A stretch of DNA of 62,920 bases, counting the filler, from Kipferlia bialata (Eukaryota), in assembly GCA_003568945.1 (NCBI GenBank). It is 2 parts of 2 records of this genome, joined end to end, with 100 filler letters (N's around TTAATTAATTAA, not from the genome) between each part and the next. Parts side by side here need not be neighbours in the genome. Positions count along the whole stretch, not along the records: positions 1 to 31,456 come from BDIP01000107.1; positions 31,557 to 62,920 come from BDIP01000108.1. One strand, 5' to 3'. This document shows positions 23,501 to 34,600 of the stretch, piece by piece. Within the stretch, counting starts at the first letter, position 1, and each line of letters begins with the position of its first letter. The notes beneath the pieces were generated by a model. That model was not told the origin of the DNA. It worked only from the letters and a program-made list of their open reading frames with translations, and made no database searches. Made by a program: the position numbers and the translations under genes.

Positions 23501-26500
23501 ACGGATTCCTCCTAACAGCGGTCGCGTGCTCAAGACACTTTGTCACCTCCCTAGCGATAGACTTGCGCACTGCCTCCAGCTGCTGTAGCATAGCAGTACG
23601 AACACTGTCGCTAGTCTCCTGTGATGGCCGGAAGGTTGCAGTCACGACCTTATCATAGCCTCGTAGTCCAACGAGAGTGCTCATATCCGTCTCACACAGC
23701 CACTGTGCCCGGTCTGATGGTGAGGGAAGTTACAACACGATAGCGCTCTTCATTTAGAGACTACAACCCAATTTGTACAGACATGAGAGAACTATTGCTC
23801 ACCAATGATTGTTACCAGCAAGAGAGGTGCATCACTGTCTTCCCCACTGAACACAATCTGAGGTCAGTCTTGATGGGTCACCACACATTGAACACATGTA
23901 TGGTAACTCATATACACGGGCTCATACCTGGTTCTTGAGGTACTCTAGGTCCTGTGTGTCCCACGATTGTTCTTCTATATCCTCAGTATCTGTGGACTCC
24001 TCAGATTCAGAGCCAAGAGATACAAGGCTGGCTTTGACCACAAGTCTGGGACCTCTGGAGGAGAGGTGCAGTTCAAACCTATGTTAGCGATCAGTGTAAG
24101 AATAAACCAGAACAGTATGGAGATCATACAACGACAGATAATATATGGGCACTCACCCCCTGCTGAGAATGAAGGATGAATCGTTTGTCAAACGACTAGT
24201 GCTGCTCCCCTCACTGTCCTCGATCAACTGCCTCAGTCCTGAGATCTCACTCTGTACAAAGAGTAATACCCGGAGATACTTCTGATAGTCTACGCTTGCC
24301 AGTCTGGACAGAAGGACCTCCAGTGGCAGTCTAGCCTTGAGATAGTGGATGGGTGACTTGGCGTCTACTATGAAGGCAGTGAACTCTCTGACCACACTCA
24401 GTGATGCGGTTGTGCCTCTGTGTCTGATCTGTCCCAGCAGATTGGCGGTGGATATGGTCTGCCCCGTGACAAATGAGAGTGTATCTTGGCACTCCCCTGC
24501 CCCGGCCTGGTAGAACTCAAGGGCACCGGGCACCTGACTCAGCCCCACCAGAAAGGAGAGGAGGGGGGTACAGTCGCTGTCCTGGAGGTAACATGCCCCA
24601 TGGGCTATGGCTGACATTCTCTCCCCGAGGGCATTTAGCCTTGAGAGGCTGTCGGTGTCCACGGCACCCAGGGCAGAGAGAGTGAGGATGAGGTGTGGCT
24701 GGACGGCAAGGACATCATTGATAGCACACAGGGACTGGATGTAGGCCTCCCATCCCCTACCAGCCGGAATGTGGACAGGTGAAGAGTCGGGTAGCTGGGC
24801 TAACACTCGGAAGGGGACAGAAGAGAGAACAGAAGCTAATTCCATTCCAACAGTCCTGTCACGTAGTCTGCAGAGTAGGTCCTCCATACGGCTGGTTAGG
24901 CTGATAAGGTCCTCCCAAGACCCCTCCGCCGAGTCATTGGTGGTCTCTAGAATGGCACCGGGATGAGCAAGGAAGTACTTGTAGAGCTCTGTAGTACTGT
25001 AGTCTCCCACTTCTCTAGCTGAAGCAGGGAAGGATGAGGCGGTGAGAATGCCTGAAACGTCTGAGATAGGAGATGCCTGGGCACTCTGGAGAAGAGACTC
25101 TATAGTGGAGCATGCAGTAGTGAGCGCTGCACCGAATTGTCCAGCTGACACAGGCGGGAAAGTGAGTAGATGATGGAGGCGTGACAGGATCCCTGATGCC
25201 TGCTCGAAAGTGTCCAGGGCGGCTGGCACCACGCCTGAGCACTCTCCCAGCCCAAGTGCAGTGCACAGAGCCACAACAGTAGCGGTGGGGACCCTCTGAG
25301 TCTGACCACACACAGGTCCAAGAATCACTGACAGTGGGGTAGCTGTCTGCTTAGTCTGCAACTCAGCGATAGAGACAACGTGCTGCAGGAGCCTAGGGTA
25401 CTGTAATAGCATAGGTCTAGCCAGAACCTCTGCCACAGTCCACTCTACGGAGAAGAGACCCGCATGCGTCGCAGCCAGCAGCACAACGCTAGTCTGGGCT
25501 GGGTACTCGTTGAAGGGCAGGGACCCTAGGAATGCAAGTGAGGACTGGCTACCACCGATGGAGAGTGACCAACGCTAGAGTCAGTACATGGGGAGGGGGA
25601 AGCGTCACAGAGCACCAACACACATGAAGTGGATATATATATATACATTCACAAGTAGCTCTAGCTCCAGCTGTAGCTGTATCTTATACCGGATGCGATA
25701 CTTGTGACTGTATTGTGCCGTGTATTCATTGTGGATACGCTACCTCGAAGACCATGTCCCAGAAGCCAGAGTAAGGAAAGGTGTTGACCATCAGCAATAG
25801 GTCCTTGGAGCGCGATGATGAGAGTAACCCAGACCCTGCAACATAGCGTCCATACAGCGGGGCAACCGACTCTAGCGCCTCCCTGAACCCAGCAAGTGCA
25901 GCCAGCTTGAGTATCTCGTGTGTGACTACAGACGGCTTGTGTGGCCCATGCCGCTCCTGTGACACAGCGAAGCACAGCGCTGCGCCGGCAGGACTGAGAC
26001 GCTGTGTAAGAGAGTCACCGGTGTGGAGGGTTCTCACCACATCAGCCTCTGCTAGGCTGCGGGCGACATCTCGTCCACACCGTGGCAGAGAGTCAGCTGC
26101 AAACAGCTCTGAGGGGTCAAAGCCGTGGAAGATGCCTGGTCCCTTGGCAACGAGACCAGCCACACCAGAGAGAGGGGACACCACCGTGACAGCATCTGAG
26201 AGGGACCGGTGCACCCGTAGCTTGTGGGGACGGGGGTCAAGGCCTGGGAAGACGGGCTTGCCCCTGGGGCAGGTAAAGCCTCTCGCCCGGGAACAAACAC
26301 TCACAATTGCCATTCTCAGACCCACCCGGTCAGAGCACCACCTCATGGCTGTTGATACAAGGAGAGATGTGGCAGTGGTCAAATCAGAGCCGGGTCTCAG
26401 CCTCCCCGACTTGGTGAGCACCACGCCCAGATAGATCCCAGTGCCCCCAAGGAGACTCCTGCGATAAGTAATTGCTTTGTAAAGTATCAAATGGTACTCT

Positions 26501-27300
26501 GGGTAGCCACAGCATTGCATACCTATTTCTATCTCTCTCTCCCCTGGCTACACTCATGACTGGGTATGGCTGGTCAGTCTCCCACTCTCTGTGAGAGAAC
26601 AGTCCTCCACCAAAGCTACACTAGAGTGAGAGATATAGTCAAGCTCTCACGTCCACACAGAACTCTAGTACTAGGTATAGTGGGCAGACTGCTGGAGGGG
26701 GTATTCCTTGAAGCACTGTACTCTATGGTGAGTATAAATATATAGATCCCATACACATTACACACCGAACACTGTTATATACCTTGAAGTACTGTGTCTC
26801 AGCAGCACTGGAGATCGTGGGGGTGATCTGTGTGTGTACGATGGTGACATGGTCATGGCTGAGGTAAGCAATCTTTGTACCAGTAGTCTCCCTACATTGT
26901 ACTTCAACTGACAGGTATACTGCAGGCCGTACCTGACAAGTTGCGATAGAGGTCGGGCTACAGACCAAAGTGGGCCAACGTGGACTACAGCTCTACCAGC
27001 TCTGAGTTGAGATGTATGGCGGAGAGATGGTATCTATACAGTCTCTACAGAAATTATTCAGTGTCATATAGAAACCCTCAGAGAGGTATTCAAATTGTCT
27101 ACATGGAGTCCATAGACACGTACCCGAACCCGATTATGTGAACAAATAATCAGTATTAGGGTGGCATACACTCTCTCTCACCTGCTGGAATCAACTGCAA
27201 AGAGCAGGTCAACTGGTTTGGGTTGGTGGCGTTGGGGTGCAACTGCCTGTGGTGCCGCTGTGCCTTCCTTCCGCGGGATACCGCCGTCCCCTTTTCCCAT
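14575..27300 (-). CDS. RNF213: RNF213/mysterin-like giant dynein-type AAA+ ATPase / E3 ubiquitin ligase with RZ-type zinc finger
   Basis: Motifs are colinear with RNF213: TSDTPGQGKT; PVILIGDGGTGKT; MFLDEIN; TAVNP; FRVNPIPQSMLGHMLDFGSL; VSLR|DVVRF; IAKNQSFCEN; PLIIVGEPGTSKS; YQGTIHSTTEGI; FDELGRA..NPLKALHSILE; FIGLSN; RGSYFPAD; LDSLYDMLNKNY; VHPDFKL; LLHRLEK. An RZ-like segment HTCGEIIFTVGC...KCVRC lies near 16420-16535. Likely start is the ATG at 27300 (MGKGDGG...), but the N-terminal exons are less certain. Confidence 0.9.
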
Positions 27301-28028
27301 GTGGTAGAAGTACAGGCTGCTATTCAGTTTCTAAGGGCAGGTTACTGGTACTGGGTTTGTAAAGAACGTGTGTAGAGAAGCACAAGCCGGCAAGCGAGGG
27401 ATTTTGGCTACACGATCTTCTGTATATGAGGGTCTCAATTGACCTCCTCTCTACACAAATGATTTCGAGCCAAGCTGTCTGCGGGTTTCATTCAGTGGCG
27501 ACTCCTTCAGCAAGACCCGAGAATGTATATCCACACCTTTGTATGCGGAGAATGAACACAACTCCTATCTTGATACAATTGCACACGCAAAAGGGAAAGA
27601 TAATCTTGTCTGATACGATAACCGCAGGTGTTTTGTAATATACGAGTTCCACGAGAGTAGTATCGAGTCGATACTGTCGTCTGACTGGTCAGAGGAAAAC
27701 GAAGGGACAAGAAGTCATCAGTAGGTTACCTGTGGTGACTTGCCGTCGAATGATATCAGAGCAGCATCGCCACTGTAGACCTCGCAAACACTTCCCCATC
27801 CGACGATTCTCTCATACAATGAACACCTGTTTCTAGAGCGTGAACACATTATGTAAGAGATATCCTCCTCGCCGTTGAGACCGTCAAGTAATGGAAGCAC
27901 TTCCTAGCCTAAGAGCGGTATACATAGGTCTTCATTCCAGAAAGCATTCTTCAATACCTCAACTGTACCACAGGGTCCTAACTTAGGACTCCTAAGTGAG
28001 TCACGTAAATCGACAAGTCTGGGTAGAT

Positions 28029-29140
28029 ATGAGCGAGTGGTTCCACGTGCTGAGAGCGAGAGAGACAGATGAAAGGATGTATGGACTCTACTCGGTTGGA
28101 GGGAACCAAATGGTTGGTCTGGCCCGGAACTGGGGTGTAGCTAACAAGACCAGAAGGTGAGAAGCAGTGGAGCCTGTTCTTGTGGAGTATATGACATTGA
28201 CGTATTGTCTCATCTCAGGCTCTATCTCTGGACACTCCACCCTGGCTTATCCCTCACCACGGAGAGGTTACCTGTACCCGAGTGGGGGAAATACGCAAGT
28301 GTACAGCTGTGCTCATCATGCACGGGCCACATAGTTGCCCATGTTACTTATGAGAAGGACGAGAGTCCACTGAGTTGGTACAGAGCTGTGCTGAGAACTG
28401 AGGTGTGGATGCTTCGACTCGATGACATGCACTGGAAGAGATTTGAGCAGACGGATGACACCCATACCCCACCTCCTAGGAAGCCGTGGGTGGTGGGTTG
28501 CGTATCTGACGGCTATATAATGGCTGGGGGGACAGACAAATTCACAGCTGCCCTCAATCCATTACACATCTGCACCGACTTCTCGCTTCTAGACCTTGAC
28601 AGGGAGAGATGGCAACAGCTGCCACACCGAATACCTCGCAAGGTACAGAGGCAGACACAAACGGAATGGATCGTCTGCGGTAATTCGCTCTCTTCGAATG
28701 GATACCGACGCAAGAGAAGCATAAGGAACGTCAGGACCGTATCAGTGACCAGTGGCTTGATTCTATCACCTGTCACTGAAGAGATTGAAGGGTCCTGGGT
28801 TAGAGTGGGAGGCTTCAACCTCGCCATAAGGGTCTCTGGTGTCACACCCCCGGCAGTTCCTGTATTCAAGGTGGACGTATATGACCCTATCTCTGGTGAT
28901 GTCAAACATATAGAGGTAGTTCCTTCACCCAGTTACAGACAGAAGACCAATGAGCCAGTGTGCACCTCCTCTGACACATCTTCAGACATTTCTGAGGATT
29001 CTGAGGGGACCTATTACGATTATCCCATAACCTGTCTCATTCACCCCACCACCTTGGTGTTGTTCAACTACTCTGAGGTAACAGTGGTCGATATTGATAT
29101 GGAGTCTCTGACAGAGTTCATGAGCAGCTATGAGCAATAG
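28029..29140 (+). CDS. Kelch/galactose-oxidase-like beta-propeller protein (2 exons)
   Basis: ATG at 28029 and a phase-2 intron at 28157-28218 (ag|gtgag ... ctcatctcag|) join in frame to the 327 aa ORF. Kelch-like elements are VWMLRLDDMHWKR..PPPR, YIMAGG, LLDLDRERWQQL and VYDPISG. Confidence 0.65.
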
Positions 29141-29496
29141 TCATTCACATGCCTACTCTCTGGTTCATGACTCTTGACATGGCTGTGCAAAGAGAATGTC
29201 TATCTACTACAGTATCTTCGCATTAAGAAGGTAATTCAACCATTTTACTGAAAGAATGTCAAAAGAATAGAAGTTAGTGGATGTAACTGCATACTTGTAC
29301 GAGAGTCACAAACAGTGCGAAAGTGTCATGATTGCTCAGTTCATAGGCTATGAGCCTCATAGCGTTTGTGAAACCATTGGATAACAACAGCAGTGCTGTG
29401 TCAGCATACATCTGGCTACCCATAGAGCTACCATATAGCAGGAGATATAACGTAAAGACACTCGACATGTATTTATAGTACACCTTCTTTAGCCTA

Positions 29497-30811
29497 CTAC
29501 TCCTGGTGGTGTGTGTCCAGCATCAGCTGGTTGCACCTCTCATGCGGGATACCACTCTCTGGGAGTTCAGTGAGGAGTGACACCAGTCTGTCAGTGTTGA
29601 CATCAGACATGCCAATGACGATACTGAGAGGAACCTGGATGAGATACATAGTCTTGTTGAATTCCAACCAATAGTATCAAAGTGAGAGTGTGTGGCAATG
29701 ATTGTATATGGGTGATATATACAATCACCCACCTCAAACAAGAGACTGACCCCTCTCCTGACCTCTCCATCCATGTCTGGCTCAGGGTGGATAGTACAGT
29801 AACGTCCTTGGGGAGTGTTGTCACTGTTGGTGGTGGCATAAATTTCCAGAGTCTCTGAGTGTGAGTGAATAGAGAGTTCTATAAAGGACAAGAAATCTAT
29901 GTATATTTCTATGATACTGCTACGTAAGAAGAATGAGGTAAGTTGTAGGTATATATCATTTTCACAGTTTCAGTGACATTCTACCTGAGTCCACGTTGAT
30001 GATATATGCCCACTCACAGAACAGACCATCTAGCAGAAACCTGGGGTTGAGAGAAACATTCTACTTCTAATAGAGCATTTAGACATACAGGCACATTCAG
30101 ACTCCTCAACAAGAAGTGTAAACACTGAGATGCACATACTCAGAGGTGTAGACAGTATATATATTCCATGGGAGATTTAGAAATGTATTGCAATATAAAT
30201 GTATAATACAGTATATAGCTACTGGTGAACAGTATACTGCACCCATTACACTCTGTGACATAACATACACTGTACTCACTCTGCGTTCCCGGGTATGCAT
30301 CCCACCCTCCTGTACCAGTCTAGACTGCGGGAGTACTCGAGGCTCAGGTAGTGCCATCCTGTTGCATGTCTCCGCCACTTGACAACAAGAGCGATCAGCC
30401 TGCCAACTATGTGTTAGGTTGCAACATCTATCATCCAGAGTGTCATTGTTACACCATGATAATAGTATGGTACATATATACCTATCCCGAGATAGCCGAA
30501 TGTGGGAGCATCGTCCTCATCCACCAGGTCCATACGCCTTGCAATACTCCTCAGCCTCTTGACACTGCCAATCTGCTGAATGAACCTGATGACCTGGGGA
30601 TAGAAAGAGGAGAAGAAGGTAGAATAGTCTAGTGGTAAGGTGGGGGGGGGGGGGGGCAACAAGGGGCGCTGCTACAACAAGGCGATTTGTTGACAGTATG
30701 TATTCACTCAAGTACCTCCTCTCCGAGACAGTCTGGGTAACTGTCCTTGTCATTATAGGCAACCTTGTCCTCTCCTCTCACCCTGAACCCATGTGCTCCT
30801 CTTGTACCCAT
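29497..30811 (-). CDS. Uncharacterised protein of the phage/bacterial/fungal 'MGTRG-DSYP-EWAY' family (6 exons, ~215 aa)
   Basis: Phase-consistent exons: 30811-30716 (MGTRGAHGFRVRGEDKVAYNDKDSYPDCLGEE), 30593-30482 (VIRFIQQIG...), 30406-30280 (...SLDWYRRVGCIPGNA), 30040-29985 (FLLDGLFCEWAYIINVDS), 29854-29733 (ETLEIYAT...QGRY...) and 29634-29497 (VPLS...HHQE*). All introns are GT-AG. The family assignment is from recalled motif similarity, not a search. Confidence 0.8.
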
Positions 30812-30932
30812 TGGGACAGGTCGCAGAGATTCCTATGTTGCTGGAGGTTCTAATATCCCGCCCACACCTAGTGTAAGTGCAGGCTACGGAAGAGAGGCGA
30901 CGGCATCACTGTCTCTCCACGCTTTCAGACTC

Positions 30933-31377
30933 ATGAACCGAATCGGAGATTCACAATTCTCCGAAACGATTGCCGGATTTCCCTTTACTCTAGAGCCAAG
31001 TCTAACCTTCTCTTTGCACAATTTGCACCAAGTTAGCTGCATTTTTGACAGCCAGTGCACTACTTTGCATAACATCAGTCCCTAGGAACCCGAGGGTTGC
31101 TGGAAGGCTTGTGTGTGCATGGTGGGTCCCGCAACAGATCCCGCGGTAGATGGCGGTCTTCACGCCACTGTGATAGGCCGCCCCCGCCCCTTCCTGCCCA
31201 AGGAGCTTGGCAAGGGGCACCATGATACACTGGGCTTGGAGCAGAGTGGGTGTGTGACTCTGTCTGACGGGCATGGGCACTGTGACACATACGCCCTGTC
31301 GACAGTGCTGTCAAGGGAGGCATCCAACGCAGATGTGTATGCTGCCATGGAGAGACAGATGCACATGCTCGAGGAAG
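30933..31377 (+). CDS. Divergent kinesin motor-domain protein, N-terminal fragment truncated by the contig end
   Basis: Exons are 30933-31031 and 31086-31377. ATVIGRPRPFLPKE...CVTL...TYALSTVLSREASNADVYAAMERQMHMLEEG| matches the kinesin N-terminal pattern V.vRvRP...E...fFD.Vf..dasq..Vy...v..vleG(yN). The P-loop exon is missing (gap). Confidence 0.65.
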
Positions 31378-31407
31378 GTGTGTGTGGTGTGTGTCTGGCT
31401 GTGTTCT

Positions 31408-31456
<49 letters not shown>

Positions 31457-31556
31457 NNNNNNNNNNNNNNNNNNNNNNNNNNNNNNNNNNNNNNNNNNNN
31501 TTAATTAATTAANNNNNNNNNNNNNNNNNNNNNNNNNNNNNNNNNNNNNNNNNNNN
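31457..31556. other. Artificial contig-joining spacer (N44-TTAATTAATTAA-N44)
   Basis: A symmetric N run has a central 12-mer that gives stops in all six frames. It is flanked by long poly-C and poly-G tracts typical of assembly breaks. Confidence 0.95.
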
Positions 31557-31564
31557 CGGCGCGG

Positions 31565-31603
<39 letters not shown>

Positions 31604-31650
31604 TGCAGTGGATAGACTGAGTGACCAGTATGACTACTAAACATAAGCAC

Positions 31651-34600
31651 CTGGCACTGCCACTGGGACAGGTCCCATGTCCGGCATGGAGGAGAGGTCC
31701 TGGCCGGCAGCCTCGGCATTCCTGACAGTGAGACAGATCAAGGGAAGTAGGCATCAATGACACTAAACCACAGAGTCCCAGAGAGACGGTTGTAACCCAG
31801 GAAGGATCAATGAGGGTATGAGAGGGATGTACCTGGTGAGGAACTGGGCGTCGATGGCATAGGAGCCAAAGCCCATGGCGGCATTGCGTCTGTCAAAGAG
31901 AGCGCACTTGGACCTCAGGAACTTCTCGACACCTAGAGGTAAAGTGATTGGAATGGGAATAGAGGGGGCAGCCAAGACTATAACCATATATTGAATATTG
32001 AACCAGTATTCATTCTAGGCGGGCGACCGAGGTCAGAAGTGCGTGGATACCTGTGAGTCTCTTGACCTCATGCGACAGGACCCTGTTCTCAGCCAGGTAT
32101 GTGGTGAGGGCACCCACAATGTCAACGGGGAGGGTGTCGTCCCTAGCGGCAGAGCGAAGGGTGGACACGACCTGCGGGGTCAGGTATGATAGGTGATATG
32201 ATTGAGACATACCTAGGAGACCATCCAACATATAGCAGTGCAGTGTATATGTATATATACCTGGTCAGCGGGGGCAGTGGCGCTGGAGACTGCCGAGTAC
32301 ACTGCCTTCAGCCTCCTGAGCATGACGTCTGCCTCCTCTCTCACCCTGTTGTGCAGGGCAGACAGGTGGGCAAGGTCGTCTCTGGAACGCACAAGGGCGA
32401 GTACTGAGTGAGTAAGGTGACCGAGTCTGCAATAATGTCACATATACTGAGAACAGAGGCGTACCTAGGCTTCTCTCCGTGGGAGAGAGGGCCTCTGGGA
32501 GGTCCGAGGGAACCTCGACCTGGAGAGAGGCCAAGAGCTCACCAATGCGGTCCCTGGGGTGAAAGGGAGACATATCAATGCCGTGTATGAATAACTCAGT
32601 GTACCACCCCGTACCTAAGGGCATTGGCCGCCCGGATGGACTGGCCCGACACGGCACCATCTGACACAACGCCCTCATCCCCAGACCCTGGGGTGAGAGC
32701 AATACAAGAGCAATATGAATACATATGGAAGAGACACTTCTCGTCTCCGAGTCACAGTCGTTGGATATGTGTGTAAGTGTCTGCATACCCTCTGTCATGG
32801 CAACTCCTAGAACCAGGTCTGCATCGTGCTTCTGGTACAGCGAGTGGATGTCACGGATGCGCTCCTCGCACATCTGGACCCTCTGGGCCATGGCCTGCTG
32901 TCAGTATATATCATATATATGTACTGTAGTACATTATATATGTCAGTTTTAATGTCAGTATTAATGTCAGTATTAATGTCAGTATCGATATACATATTAG
33001 TACTGATAATGCCACCCCTTGCCTGGATAGTCTCCTCGTCCTGCTGTCTGGCCACCATCAACTCCTCAATCTCAAGGGTGTGGGCGGACCTGGGGGTGAG
33101 ACAGTATCAGTGCCAGTACCTATATATCTAGTACTGATACACAGACTGATACTGATCTCAAGTGTGTGAGCAGACATGGGGGCCGTGAGAAAGAGCGGCT
33201 AGGATAGTGCACTACACCTCTCTGTACCTGAGGCGCCTGAGCGTGGCCAGCTCTGCCTGTATGTGCCTGGCGTCATCCATGGGCATCCCAGACTCCATCA
33301 GCGACTCCATCTCCAGGTTGATCTGACCAGACAGGGCCTGGGGGTGGGGGAAGGTCATATAATGGCAATGTGATACCAAGTGCATTCATTGCACACGTGT
33401 TTGTGGCACACCATTATCGACTACTCATTACTATATACCTGTATGTGTGTGAGCACTGCGGCCTGCTGTCCACGGGTGTCTGCGCCTGTACGCATGTGCC
33501 TCACCCTCTCCGTCTCTGCCTCAGCATCCCTCAGCCTCTGGGACAGCACGTCCACCTTGTAGTTGCAGGCAATGCGGTCCCTACAGAGTCAGAAAGGTAT
33601 AAATGGGTCACAATAGCGGGAGAGAGTCCATATAAATACACCACCACATCTCCCCCTCAATACCTGTGCATGATGGCGCGTGCGCTGTCCCTCTCAGCGG
33701 CCAGTCTGGCAGACACAGCCTTCTGCTCGGCCAGCCTCTGCTTCAGGTCGGAGATGACATACTCGCCAACCCTCTCCCTGTCTGGGCTGGACCACTCGAG
33801 GCCTGGGGGTGAGACTACATCGGGGACACACATACACTGATGCAACCGTACCCTCTCCGGGCTGTCCCCTCTCCTGTCTGAGCAGCGATGCCACCCTTGC
33901 CTTGTCCTGTGCACAGGCAATGCTCCTGGCCTGGGGGTAAGGAGAGGGGGCACACAGGGTACAGATGGTATAGAGGGTGTATAGGGTGTAGAGGGTATAG
34001 AGGGATACACGCCCCACTCACCTCAAGCTCATACCAGGTCAGCTCGGTCTGCACAGCTGCCACCTGTCCCTCGCCACTGTCTCTCTGCATCTCTCTCTCT
34101 CTGCCTCTCTCTCTCTCCCTGGGCACCTCAGTCTCTATGCTGTGGCTGTGGCTGTGTGTGTGGGTGTGTGTGGGGACGGGGGTGGCCCTGTCTCTGTCAG
34201 ACCTCGACTCGGAGGGGCGGGAGTACGTGGGGAGGGCGGGAAGGGCTGGTGATGAGGAGGCAACGGAATAATGCAACTGACACTGAACCCCATTACCTGA
34301 TGGGTCGTACTGAGGAGACTGGAACTCGTCCGAGAGCACCCTCTGCTGCAGAGTGGGGTTGGGCATGTCAGACACGGTGGGGGGCACGTCGCTCTCCACA
34401 ACAATGCTGTCGGACTCTCTTGCCCTCTCCTCACTGTACCTAGGGTGAGGACCGTTTCTAAAATGTAACACAGACACTGAATGATGGAAACGATATGACG
34501 AACAAGGCCACCCCTACCTCTGACTGTTGAACATGTATCCAGAGGACATGGCGGAGACAGGCTTCACAGTCACACGCTCCTGCTCCCTCTCTCTCTGCTC

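Noticed and set aside
27350..28000. Short ORFs between the RNF213-like and kelch genes
   Set aside because: No phase-consistent exon chain or recognisable motif could be built; this is likely promoter/UTR or decayed sequence.
31457..31556. TTAATTAATTAA palindrome and poly-Pro ORFs across the gap
   Set aside because: This is an artificial scaffold spacer, and the poly-C/G runs are intronic or assembly-edge sequence. Adjacency of the two sides cannot be assumed.
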